A stretch of DNA of 64,000 nucleotides, taken from IMG/VR virus record IMGVR_UViG_3300022660_003376. One strand, written 5' to 3'. Positions 8,834 through 18,325 of this stretch are shown here, piece by piece (the stretch's first letter is position 1; each line of letters starts with the position of its first letter). Below the pieces are notes generated by a model that ran no database searches, was not told the origin of the DNA, and was given only the letters and a program-made list of their open reading frames with translations. Both the position numbers and the translations under genes were made by a program. This DNA comes from an uncultured virus (IMG/VR IMGVR_UViG_3300022660_003376) (Duplodnaviria > Heunggongvirae > Uroviricota > Caudoviricetes).

Positions 8834-9505
8834 ATGAGAAAACATAAACATAAGTGGAATACAAGAAGAGGTATAAACACAGCGGTAGCGACAGCGTGTA
8901 TGCTTACGATGCTGTCTGCTTGTGGGGATAAGAAGGGTCATGGCGATAACTTTAAGGGGCATATAAACAGTCGTGAAACATATCCTGAAAGCACTGAGAT
9001 AGAGGAAACAGAGGAAGAAGACGAGGAAGAAGTATCGGAAGTATCGAAGCTTAACTTGGGTATCGTGTTGGAAACAACCGATACTCAGGCTATAACTTCT
9101 GAAACCACTATCGTTACTACTATTACCGAGGCAACAACTGTAAGCGAAGAAGCGGAGACAGGGATGAATATGTCTGATATATCATTAGTACAGGTCGAGG
9201 GTGTTAATGATAAATACTTAGACATAACTTCATATGAAATAGCTCGTTCAGGAGACAGTTATATTATTACACTCGAGACAAAGGATATGGGTTTTGGTTA
9301 TGAGGTTATTGGTACGAGTATAAATACTGTAGCGACTGGTTTCGATGCGAAAGCAGATGGAAATACAATCACGATAGAGTTTATACTTGAGGACGGTGCT
9401 GAATACGGTGATGTATACCATAATTTTGGGGTATCTCTCAGGGTATCTGGTGCTGATGAGACTGAGATTGAGAATGAAATTAATTTCGTTGCTCAACTTG
9501 GGTAA
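8834..9505 (+). CDS. Putative lipoprotein
   Basis: Basic N-terminus, hydrophobic stretch, lipobox LSAC, E/T-rich linker; AAGGAG RBS. Confidence 0.7.
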   Translation: MRKHKHKWNTRRGINTAVATACMLTMLSACGDKKGHGDNFKGHINSRETYPESTEIEETEEEDEEEVSEVSKLNLGIVLETTDTQAITSETTIVTTITEATTVSEEAETGMNMSDISLVQVEGVNDKYLDITSYEIARSGDSYIITLETKDMGFGYEVIGTSINTVATGFDAKADGNTITIEFILEDGAEYGDVYHNFGVSLRVSGADETEIENEINFVAQLG

Positions 9506-9568
9506 TCTTGATATTTTGCGTGATATCGTTTATATACTATAGTAAAAAATTTAAATCGGAGGTTAGTC

Positions 9569-10408
9569 ATGGTAGAATTGATGCAGAAAATAGAGCAACT
9601 TAATGCTAGTGCGGAGCAAATAAACGCACAGCGTACAAGAAATCTGGGTAAAAAGGAAACCTTGGAAGCTCAGTGCAAAGAGTTATTCGATAAATACGAA
9701 GAAGTTTATGGTGTAAGACTTACTCCAGAGACATTAAATGCTGAGTATGAAAAGGTACTTGCTGAAAAAGCTAAAGAGACTGCCCTTTTAAATGATGTTG
9801 TTACATCCATTCAGGCAGGCAGATATGAGCATGCAAATGCTTTGATGGGTGTAAAACCCGATGAAACTGTAAATGCAGTATTCAATTCAGACGACTACAT
9901 AAAGCAGAAACAGGCTATAGAACACACAAATTATGTGGTTTCAGGTGCATCACCTGTAACTGAAATGGGTAGACGTGCAGAAGCTGTTGCTAATGCACAG
10001 GCTACTCTCGATTCAGAAGCGGTTGATACTGGTGCAGACTTTACAAAAGTAAATGATGATATATCCACTCCTGTTGCAATGGCTACGCCACATGATGATA
10101 TACCTACTCCTGTTGCACCTGTAGTTCCTGTAGTTACAGAAGAAGAGGTAGTACCGAAAGTACCAACAAATATGGGTATGCCTGTGATGCCGAAAGCACC
10201 TGTAATGCCTATCGAAGACGAAGAAGACGTAATTCCTGCACCTAAGATGACAAAGCAGACAGCTCCAATAGATGCTCTTGAGGGATTCACAATGCCACAG
10301 CAGACAGCCCCACAGCAGACAGCTCCGAGTATGTTTGACTCAGTAGCTTCTGCCAAGCCACAGGCACACTCTTTTGCGGAGATGTTTGGTGCATCATTTA
10401 GTAAATAA
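9569..10408 (+). CDS. Hypothetical protein (coiled-coil N-terminus, Pro-rich low-complexity C-terminus)
   Basis: Heptad-like N-terminus and P/V/M/T-rich tail; GGAGG RBS. Confidence 0.75.
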   Translation: MVELMQKIEQLNASAEQINAQRTRNLGKKETLEAQCKELFDKYEEVYGVRLTPETLNAEYEKVLAEKAKETALLNDVVTSIQAGRYEHANALMGVKPDETVNAVFNSDDYIKQKQAIEHTNYVVSGASPVTEMGRRAEAVANAQATLDSEAVDTGADFTKVNDDISTPVAMATPHDDIPTPVAPVVPVVTEEEVVPKVPTNMGMPVMPKAPVMPIEDEEDVIPAPKMTKQTAPIDALEGFTMPQQTAPQQTAPSMFDSVASAKPQAHSFAEMFGASFSK

Positions 10409-10422
10409 TCACGGAGGTAAAT

Positions 10423-11625
10423 ATGAAACTAAAAATAGGATACGAGGCTCTCACAGCAACAATATCTTCTATGGCAGTTGTCGTAGAAGATACTCTTAAC
10501 AATGACGATATGAAGGCAATTATCGTTAAGGTTTCATCTGATAAGAAAATACAGTTAGTTGGTATGAACCAGATGATAATTTACAAGGCAGACTTGCCTG
10601 AGGATAGCTACGAGGTAGAAGCTATAGAGGAAGACTTCAACACAAATGGGGTATTCTATTTACAGGTTAAGTCAAAGGAACTTACGAGTTTTCTAAATAC
10701 CTTTAAGTCTGTTAGAAGAACAAAGGTATCCAATACTGTATTCGAGTTTGAAAAGAATAAGATAAAGCTTTCGGTAATCGAGGAAAGCTTAGATACTGGT
10801 GACAACTATAAATCAACATGGTGGTTTGACAACATACCAATAAAACAGGCACTTTTGAAGAGTATTGATGTAACGATACCTAAGGAAACGGTTACAATGT
10901 CAACTGAGCCGTTGCAGTTATATACGAGTTGCTTGTTACCTATTCTTCAGAATTCAACCACATTGAATGGTATGATGCAGTTCGGTGCAGACGAACTTGA
11001 CGAAGACGGTAATATGGTTGAGCCTAGTAGAGTAACTGCGTTTACGCCTACATTTAACACATTGATGGCAAATCAATTACCAGACTATTTCAGGGGTATG
11101 TCTATATATTATAGGTCGATACTGTTCTTGAAGAACATAGTATGTGCCTATGATATGGTAAACGTATCACGTACTGACCAATTCCTTTGTTTCTCAGACG
11201 AGGGTAAGTTTGAAGCATTTGTAAGATACACTACAAGGGTAGCTGACTACAGACCGTATTTGCAGATGTTTGATAAGAGTCATGCGTTGGAACTTGATAG
11301 ACAGTACTTTAAAGATGTTTTGAAACGTCTTAGTCTTGTTGATGAACAGGTTGAGATTTCTGTTGATGAAAGTTTGCTTGCTATATCAGTACGTAACTCT
11401 AAGTTTTCACAGGAGATACCTGTTCTTAGAGAAAAGAACATGGCTGAGTTGGGTAAAATCTCATTCAGAATAAAGCCCGAAGTACTTGAGAAAACAATAA
11501 TCGGTGATGACTCATTGTTTTCACCTACAATATTTATGTATATCACACCGCAGGAGCGTGGTGGTTGGACATTGGTATTTAGTGATGACACTGGGGTATG
11601 GTTCTCTGTAGCGAGAATAAGATAA
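10423..11625 (+). CDS. DnaN-like (beta) DNA polymerase sliding clamp
   Basis: 400 aa. N-terminus, ADYRPY...LELDRQYFKDVLKRLSLV and ISFRIKPEVL parallel beta-clamp segments (PDY..vdr..l..al.Rv; i.fNp.yl). Confidence 0.6.
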   Translation: MKLKIGYEALTATISSMAVVVEDTLNNDDMKAIIVKVSSDKKIQLVGMNQMIIYKADLPEDSYEVEAIEEDFNTNGVFYLQVKSKELTSFLNTFKSVRRTKVSNTVFEFEKNKIKLSVIEESLDTGDNYKSTWWFDNIPIKQALLKSIDVTIPKETVTMSTEPLQLYTSCLLPILQNSTTLNGMMQFGADELDEDGNMVEPSRVTAFTPTFNTLMANQLPDYFRGMSIYYRSILFLKNIVCAYDMVNVSRTDQFLCFSDEGKFEAFVRYTTRVADYRPYLQMFDKSHALELDRQYFKDVLKRLSLVDEQVEISVDESLLAISVRNSKFSQEIPVLREKNMAELGKISFRIKPEVLEKTIIGDDSLFSPTIFMYITPQERGGWTLVFSDDTGVWFSVARIR

Positions 11626-11642
11626 TAGACGAGGGTGATTTT

Positions 11643-12284
11643 ATGGCAGACGAAAGATATTTTGATGGTTTTGAAACGGGTATCAAATATCGTGCAACGG
11701 TTTGTGCTGATACTAATAACTGTGCGAATTGTGCAATAAACAAGTATAAGGGCGACAGTTCATGTGCAGGTTTTCTTGCTTCAAAACCGAGTGTGGTGAG
11801 AAAACTTTTTGAGACAGGTTTATCTGATGAAGTAAAGGTTGATGCAGACTTTATGGAGGGTTTTGAAAACGGACTGGGTATCGTTTCAGCCTGTTGTGTA
11901 CTCAACAATTACGACTGTGATATTTGTTTCATACATAATATGATTGAGGATGATACAGTTGGTTGCGTTGAGTTTTGTAGGGATAATGCTTCACTGGTTG
12001 CTAGTGCAATAGCAGACTACATATCAGATGGAGGCATACCTTATGGAATACGCCTTAAGGCTAAAGACGTATTTGAGAGGGCATTACATGGTTATACTAG
12101 TTCTACTCCTCGCACATATTATGACGAGTTTTGTATTCGTTTCCCTGAGTGCATGCATACGGTAGATTCTGTAGCAGTTACTTGCTGTAAGAATGTATGC
12201 TTTGGTTTGGGTGAGTGTGATAAGGAAGACACCAACGATAGTATTTGTACTGCGTGTTGGGAAGAGGCATATGAAGGCAGATAG
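11643..12284 (+). CDS. Cys-rich phage-type hypothetical protein with an internal duplication
   Basis: Two copies of (F/Y)xxGFExG...CxxCxI...C, then a C-terminal CTACW. Confidence 0.7.
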   Translation: MADERYFDGFETGIKYRATVCADTNNCANCAINKYKGDSSCAGFLASKPSVVRKLFETGLSDEVKVDADFMEGFENGLGIVSACCVLNNYDCDICFIHNMIEDDTVGCVEFCRDNASLVASAIADYISDGGIPYGIRLKAKDVFERALHGYTSSTPRTYYDEFCIRFPECMHTVDSVAVTCCKNVCFGLGECDKEDTNDSICTACWEEAYEGR

Positions 12285-12354
12285 TGAGGGTACTGTAAGC
12301 ATACCTGAGTTATGCCAAAAGGGGTATCGAACATAGGCGAAGGGAGGCTTAGAA

Positions 12355-12765
12355 ATGACAGAGGTTAAGGAAACTGTTGATATGCGTACTGAATTTGACG
12401 ATAACTCTTTGGTAGATGAAGCAATTCGTTCTTTAAAAGAGGCTTTACACTTTAAGTCAGAAGTTTGCGAGTTGTATAAAACATTAGCAGACGATTTAAA
12501 GGTATCACTTAATAATATGATAAGGGAACGTAACAGGCTATATCAGATAGCTGAAGAAGCAATACAGGGGTATGGTGCATCAACCTCAGTAGCTAACAGG
12601 GCTACTTCAATTGGTAGGGGTGCTGTAATGAGTCCACAGGTTGAGCAGGAATTGAAATTATCTAACTTAGCTGAGTTGCAGGAATATGCAACTGAGTTAG
12701 AAAATGCTCAGAAAGAGTTACTTACAAAGCTTAATCAGTTACAGGCTACTATAGACGAGATATAA
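12355..12765 (+). CDS. Coiled-coil hypothetical protein
   Basis: Heptad pattern; GGGAGG RBS. Confidence 0.75.
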   Translation: MTEVKETVDMRTEFDDNSLVDEAIRSLKEALHFKSEVCELYKTLADDLKVSLNNMIRERNRLYQIAEEAIQGYGASTSVANRATSIGRGAVMSPQVEQELKLSNLAELQEYATELENAQKELLTKLNQLQATIDEI

Positions 12766-12768
12766 CAC

Positions 12769-12799
12769 AAAGGGTAGTTACTTCGGTAGCTACCCTTTT
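12769..12799 (+). terminator. Intrinsic terminator with UUCG tetraloop
   Basis: AAAGGGTAGTTAC-TTCG-GTAGCTACCCTTTT. Confidence 0.85.
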
Positions 12800-12909
12800 A
12801 CTTTATAAATAATATGATACAGAGGGGTATTTATGAGATACTCACTCAGTGCGTGTGTTATAGATGTAAATAAAATATTTTAAATTTATGCTTACGGAGG
12901 TTAAAGAGT

Positions 12910-13275
12910 ATGGTTATATTCTCAGATAAGATATATAGTAACGGCAAGGATGCTGTCGGTAGAAGTGTAATATTAAACTTTAACAGGTTTGATTATCTTG
13001 AAGTTTATAGAACTAAGAAAAACAGCTTATCTAAGTTTGGTGATTTTGTAGACAGCAAAATTCCAGCGTGTGATGACGTTGCTTTGCTGTTAGCGACACG
13101 TATAACTGATAGTGGTGAAGAAAATTATAAGATTCTTGCTATTGCAGATGTAGAGTCGATGTCTATGATATATGATGGTGTAATGGGCAGAATACAGACA
13201 GCAATCTCGCAGACGAATATAACAGAACCTTGGATATCTATTGAGGCTGAGGTAAGAAGGGTGTGTGGTGGTTAA
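12910..13275 (+). CDS. Hypothetical protein
   Basis: GGAGG RBS; TAATG overlap with the next gene. Confidence 0.7.
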   Translation: MVIFSDKIYSNGKDAVGRSVILNFNRFDYLEVYRTKKNSLSKFGDFVDSKIPACDDVALLLATRITDSGEENYKILAIADVESMSMIYDGVMGRIQTAISQTNITEPWISIEAEVRRVCGG

Positions 13276-13961
13276 TGAGTGAGTTCACTCGTATTATAGA
13301 CAAGATGGATGCGTCTTACAATCAGCGTAAGGCACTGGAAACTAAGATAAACGCTTTAATAAATATGCTTGATGATTACAATAAGCAATATGCGGTAATG
13401 CTTGAGGCACAGCAACTAATATCCTCAGTATCTAACAGTAATACAAATGCTGTTTTGGATTATATCACGGGTATTATAAATAAAGCGTTGGGTGAAATAT
13501 TTCCATATGATACACGTAGGATACATCTTGAGAAGTCGTTGCATAATGGTCAGCGTTCTCACATAACCGTAAAACTCACGACTGAAGATGGCACTATACG
13601 TGATTTGACCTTACAATCGGGTACTGGGTTACGTCAGATAATATCTTTCCTGTTTGTTATTTCGTTGATTGAAATAAGAAAGGGTAGACGCATATTACTG
13701 ATGGACGAATTGCTCAGTGGTTTACATTCTGAGGCAAAGCGTGTCATAGTAGACATCATGCAAATCTTCGCAGGCGAGGGTTTTCAGTTTGTAATGATTG
13801 AATATGGCATCAACACAGTCGGTAAGATATACTTGGTTGAGAAGCCAGATAAAACAGCTATAGTTAATCCACTGGACGATACATATGATAATCAGGTATT
13901 TGTATTCAACAGACCGCCAGAGGAAATAGATAAAAATATAATGGTAGAAACAGAAGATTAA
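13275..13961 (+). CDS. SbcC/Rad50/gp46-like ATPase, C-terminal half
   Basis: Short coiled coil, ABC-signature-like QSGTG, Walker B/D-loop ILLMDELLSGLH; no Walker A. Confidence 0.75.
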   Translation: MSEFTRIIDKMDASYNQRKALETKINALINMLDDYNKQYAVMLEAQQLISSVSNSNTNAVLDYITGIINKALGEIFPYDTRRIHLEKSLHNGQRSHITVKLTTEDGTIRDLTLQSGTGLRQIISFLFVISLIEIRKGRRILLMDELLSGLHSEAKRVIVDIMQIFAGEGFQFVMIEYGINTVGKIYLVEKPDKTAIVNPLDDTYDNQVFVFNRPPEEIDKNIMVETED

Positions 13962-13963
13962 AT

Positions 13964-13993
13964 AAAAGGGTAGTACTTAATGTACTACCTTTT
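13964..13993 (+). terminator. Intrinsic terminator
   Basis: AAAAGGGTAGTAC/GTACTACCTTTT stem. Confidence 0.75.
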
Positions 13994-14102
13994 AGATTAT
14001 ACTTTATATGAGAAATTCTAAAATTTTTGTAGTTTTAGTTGCAGTAACCTTGATATTAAAATAAATATAACAAAGGGCTATGGGTTATGGAGGTTGCTAA
14101 CT

Positions 14103-14951
14103 ATGTATATAATATTATCGGATTCAATTGAAGGTGATACATATGAGGTATATGATTCTTTTGATAAGTCTATAAAATCTATGTCATTACAAACATTATG
14201 CGAGTACAAGAGTCGTGGTAGACTTGTGAGAGGTCTACGACCGCATGGTGTACATTATTATGGTACGGTTGAGAACTATATGTCACAGGGTCTTATGCGT
14301 TTTAAGCTTTCGGGTATGGAGCGTTATTTTGAGTTTAACGGAAATTACATGGGAGTAAGAGCGTATTTAGGTGGGTTATCTAATGTGGTTCTTCCCGATT
14401 TTGTCTGTGCAATACATCAGACAGCATTTCAAGGTGCTTGCAAAACTGAAATTAAAAGTTTACATATACCAGACGGGGTACATTTAATATACAGCATGTT
14501 CAGAAACTTCGTAGAATTACGTAAACTGAGGTTACCAGACGATTTGCGTGAGATAGATATGTCATTATGCGAGGGCTGTACAAACTTAGTTGATGTAAAT
14601 ATCCCTATACTAGTTACAAAAATACATGAGAATGCTTTCAGAGACTGTAGCAGTTTAACAACAGTTGATATGTCAGATAGTGTTATAGAAACAATTGATA
14701 TCAGTGCGTTTTGCAATTGCACTTCCTTAAAGGAAGTTAGATTGCCTAAGACATTGAAAACTATTGATGAGTTTGCATTTGGCAATACTGCTATAGAGAG
14801 TATAGTAATACCTGAGTCAGTGACTAAACTTGATAGATATGCTTTTGGTTCTTGTAAGCAATTGAAGGACATATACATAGAGGGTAGTGGTAAATCTAGA
14901 CCACAGTTGATAGTAAATGATAACTGTAATATACACATGGAGGATGGGTGA
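14103..14951 (+). CDS. BspA/TpLRR leucine-rich-repeat protein with shared N-terminal module
   Basis: LxxIxxxAFxxCxxL repeats; N-terminal TYEVYDS...VRGL...MRFKLSG. Confidence 0.88.
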   Translation: MYIILSDSIEGDTYEVYDSFDKSIKSMSLQTLCEYKSRGRLVRGLRPHGVHYYGTVENYMSQGLMRFKLSGMERYFEFNGNYMGVRAYLGGLSNVVLPDFVCAIHQTAFQGACKTEIKSLHIPDGVHLIYSMFRNFVELRKLRLPDDLREIDMSLCEGCTNLVDVNIPILVTKIHENAFRDCSSLTTVDMSDSVIETIDISAFCNCTSLKEVRLPKTLKTIDEFAFGNTAIESIVIPESVTKLDRYAFGSCKQLKDIYIEGSGKSRPQLIVNDNCNIHMEDG

Positions 14952-15670
14952 TTTCAATCAAAAATTATAAGGTTGTTCTTACACTATTAAGTGTTATTGT
15001 TTTATCTCTTTCATCCTGCAAAAAGGATGAAGAAACGAGCAAGGTAGACAGCGTAGATAAACAAATAATATCTGAGGACATACCACAGGGGTATGTTGTT
15101 AGTGATTGGTTACAAAGTTTTTCTACTGGCGATTTTGATACTTGTGATACTTATACTTCAGACGAAAGTTTTAAGTTTAGTGATTTCAGTAAGTCAGCTG
15201 AAAGTGAAACGAGTTTAATATCAACAGAGGTGTATCAGCATTTATTAAAGCAGTCTATCAAAAGCATAAAGGGTATAACAGTGGATTCTGTTTCTGAGTC
15301 AGGCGAATTAAATTTAAGTATCACCTACTTCCCTTTCAAGACAGTTTCTACAATAACTTTTGACGATACAAAGCTTACTGAGATATCTGATTTATACACA
15401 ATAAAAGACTGCACTGCCACGGAGTATAAAGAAGCTTTAACAGACTGGGTACTAGCTTCATTTGACGATGCTTTTAAGTTGAGTTCAGACGAGAAAGTGT
15501 TATCTGTAACGCTTGAGCAGTGTGTTGAGCAGGATGAAACATTAGTATCCAATGCAGAGGACTTTATATTACCATTACTAGACGCTCAGGGTATTATCGA
15601 AATAGTTGAGACATTTGAGCATGATTTATATTTAAAACTCTCAGGCTTTGTTTCAGAGTATAGCTTATAA
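14948..15670 (+). CDS. Putative lipoprotein
   Basis: Hydrophobic signal and lipobox LSSC. Confidence 0.7.
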   Translation: MISIKNYKVVLTLLSVIVLSLSSCKKDEETSKVDSVDKQIISEDIPQGYVVSDWLQSFSTGDFDTCDTYTSDESFKFSDFSKSAESETSLISTEVYQHLLKQSIKSIKGITVDSVSESGELNLSITYFPFKTVSTITFDDTKLTEISDLYTIKDCTATEYKEALTDWVLASFDDAFKLSSDEKVLSVTLEQCVEQDETLVSNAEDFILPLLDAQGIIEIVETFEHDLYLKLSGFVSEYSL

Positions 15671-15720
15671 TAAAATTTTGATATTTTTTACGAGATTTCG
15701 ATATATTATGCAAGATACTG

Positions 15721-15749
15721 TTGACAAATGCTAAGATTTATGTTATAAT
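15721..15749 (+). promoter_or_regulatory. Consensus sigma70/SigA promoter
   Basis: TTGACA, 17 nt, TATAAT with TG extension. Confidence 0.85.
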
Positions 15750-15804
15750 ATAATTGTAGGTTGAACCTACAGAAAATTTAATATTATAACAGGAGAGCAT
15801 TATC

Positions 15805-16791
15805 ATGCAAAGAAAAGGTAGTTTTTACGGTAGTAACAAGGGTAATGCGATGCATATTTTTGCATCGGTTCTATCGTGCGTAGTACTTCTGTGTAGTTGC
15901 TCTGAAGATGGTTCTAAATCTTCAGTAGCAGTAAAGCAGGAGTTGAAGAAGGAAGTTGTAGTTTTAGATGCAGGGGCAAGAGGTGTTGTGCCGAATATAG
16001 TAAAAGTATCTAATGGGTATTCTGCTTATTTATCAGACGATAGGCGTGTACCATTGGTTACGTGTGGTTGCATTCCATTAGTCACAACAACTACTGAGTT
16101 TACAACTACAGCAAGTGAGACTACAACTACAACAACTGAGGTTACAACTGAGTTTACAGCACCTGAACCTGTAGTTGAGTCTATAGTATCTGAGGTAGCT
16201 ATAACTGAGCCTGTGGTATCTGAGGTAGATGTGATTGAGTCTATGATATCTGAGCCTGTAATAACAGAGCCTACAGTAGTTACATCAGAAACAGGGGTAT
16301 CTATTACAGAAGCTACGGAGACAGCCATTGAAGATACAAGGGTTTGGTTGGATGTACCGAATGATGCTTATGGTTGCAATAGCAACTTCAAGGCATACAT
16401 GAGTTACAGGGCTGTAACTTGTACTTCAAGCCCTCAGTATCAGTTACTCAATGGTGATACTGCTTATACTGATACAAATACAGGTATAAGAATGGTAGAA
16501 GACCGTTATTGTATAGCTGTAGGTAGCTATTATTCAGCTACAGTTGGGCAGAAGTTAGACCTTGAGTTATCAACAGGTGTTGTAATTCCTTGCATCGTTG
16601 GTGATTGCAAGGCTGATTACCATACAAACAGCACAAATCAATTCTGTTTACACAACGGTAGTGTAGCGGAGTTCATAATAGACTATGATATTTTTGATTA
16701 TATAAAGGATGGTTCAGGTACGGTGAATTTTTGCACTGGTACTTGCGGTTCATTCGATGGCTCAATAGTGAGGGTTGGGCTTGTGAGTTAG
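15805..16791 (+). CDS. Secreted/lipo-protein with T/E/P-rich stalk and possible cell-wall-acting (3D/RlpA-like) C-terminal domain
   Basis: Hydrophobic N-segment ending LCSC; TEPVV-type repeats; C-domain RYCIAVGSYY...G.KLDL...G..IPCIVGD. The domain call is tentative. Confidence 0.5.
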   Translation: MQRKGSFYGSNKGNAMHIFASVLSCVVLLCSCSEDGSKSSVAVKQELKKEVVVLDAGARGVVPNIVKVSNGYSAYLSDDRRVPLVTCGCIPLVTTTTEFTTTASETTTTTTEVTTEFTAPEPVVESIVSEVAITEPVVSEVDVIESMISEPVITEPTVVTSETGVSITEATETAIEDTRVWLDVPNDAYGCNSNFKAYMSYRAVTCTSSPQYQLLNGDTAYTDTNTGIRMVEDRYCIAVGSYYSATVGQKLDLELSTGVVIPCIVGDCKADYHTNSTNQFCLHNGSVAEFIIDYDIFDYIKDGSGTVNFCTGTCGSFDGSIVRVGLVS

Positions 16792-16810
16792 GAGGTGTTT
16801 ATGTATAAGT

Positions 16811-18325
16811 ATGTATAATATATTATACATAGATTATTTTAGGGAGTCTGGTAAACAATCAGACTCTCTTATTGCTACGTATTATATGTTACAGTACAGT
16901 GGCAGATACATAACAGCTAGAGAAGAAGAGAAAGAATACGATACTATAAGATGTCAGGAGGAACAACTTATAAGCAAGATTGCTGAATTAATAAATTCGG
17001 TTTATCTTGACTTAGATACTTTATTAATACTTACAAGTCAAAATGATTTGGGAGATATGTTGAATAAGGTCAATGAGAGGTTATACATACCAGCTGATTT
17101 AAACTGGGTACGGATACAAGATTATTTGGGGTATCCTAATTATTCTTTATTTGATTTATATACACACTATTTTAGCGTTAATGAAACGCACACAAGACTG
17201 GAATTAATTGATATGTTATTGACGGGTGTAGTTAGATATAAACATGGTGCTTCTAAGGATGATATCAGTGGTTTTCTAATAATACACCCTTTAGTTCGTG
17301 GTAATTGTGCTATAATGACATTTGCATGGATTAAGTTAAGTGTAGATGGTACTTCAGAAATACTTGGTTCTGAGCAGTGCATATTACCTAACGCAGACGA
17401 TAATTATTGTCGATTAGGTTGTTTTTTCAAGCAGTTAGAGACAAGTATAACTATGTCAGGTATAACATTTGGGAGTTTGTTGCCTACATTTTATTCTGAG
17501 CAGTATTATTGCACGTATAGAAATATCATATTAAACATGGATGTGCCAGAGTTTACATCTCATAGCTATTTGCAGGATTTACTGTTATCTTGTCTGCCGA
17601 GGTATATGAGACAGTGTGTGCATAATTCATTTGCAAAGCTAATAAGGGTATTCTCAAACAAAATATCTGATGAGCATCAATTCTCGGCTATGAGGTTATG
17701 CAACATTATGCAATCGGATATTGGTTTAGCTATAAAAGACGGTGCATTAGTTACTCAGAAGCAATTTTACAAGGATTTTTCATCTGATGTTATAGCTACA
17801 GACTATAACTTACCATTTAAGTATGGTGTTATATTGGATTGTGAGGGTACTTCTACTGGTGGTTGTTCGGAGGTTGGTGGTATTATATACGGTTACAACA
17901 AATCCAAGGGTATGCTACTAAAGATTGAGACATTCTATTTCAAGCAATATGATTTCTTAGAGGGTATGCAGAGTTTAATAGAGCGTTTCGGTATTGTGTC
18001 TGGTAGACACTTTGGAAATATACCAGTTTTAACATACGGTAAAACAGACGAAATAATGCTACAGAATGAATTACATGAAAGTACATCGAGGTCATTAAGA
18101 AAGAAAATACAGAAGTCATTTATATTCTTAGATGCTCAGGATATTATAGGTGAGTATCTGGATAGTATAGATACAAGTGATTTAGGCAATAGAAAATTAT
18201 CGACAGTAGCTAAATTTGTAGGGGTACGTGTAGCCACACCGAAGCATAATGCTTTAAGTGATGCTAAGACCTTATTTAACATATTAGCTTACTTATGTTT
18301 TATTGAAAGGGAGATGAAATTATGA
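16811..18325 (+). CDS. DEDDh 3'-5' exonuclease domain protein
   Basis: C-terminal domain with ILDCEGT, TDE and HNALSDA motifs. Confidence 0.7.
   Translation: MYNILYIDYFRESGKQSDSLIATYYMLQYSGRYITAREEEKEYDTIRCQEEQLISKIAELINSVYLDLDTLLILTSQNDLGDMLNKVNERLYIPADLNWVRIQDYLGYPNYSLFDLYTHYFSVNETHTRLELIDMLLTGVVRYKHGASKDDISGFLIIHPLVRGNCAIMTFAWIKLSVDGTSEILGSEQCILPNADDNYCRLGCFFKQLETSITMSGITFGSLLPTFYSEQYYCTYRNIILNMDVPEFTSHSYLQDLLLSCLPRYMRQCVHNSFAKLIRVFSNKISDEHQFSAMRLCNIMQSDIGLAIKDGALVTQKQFYKDFSSDVIATDYNLPFKYGVILDCEGTSTGGCSEVGGIIYGYNKSKGMLLKIETFYFKQYDFLEGMQSLIERFGIVSGRHFGNIPVLTYGKTDEIMLQNELHESTSRSLRKKIQKSFIFLDAQDIIGEYLDSIDTSDLGNRKLSTVAKFVGVRVATPKHNALSDAKTLFNILAYLCFIEREMKL

Noticed and set aside
16081..16330. 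T/E/P/V-rich repeats in gene 15805 as a separate element
   Set aside because: Ordinary low-complexity stalk of a surface protein.
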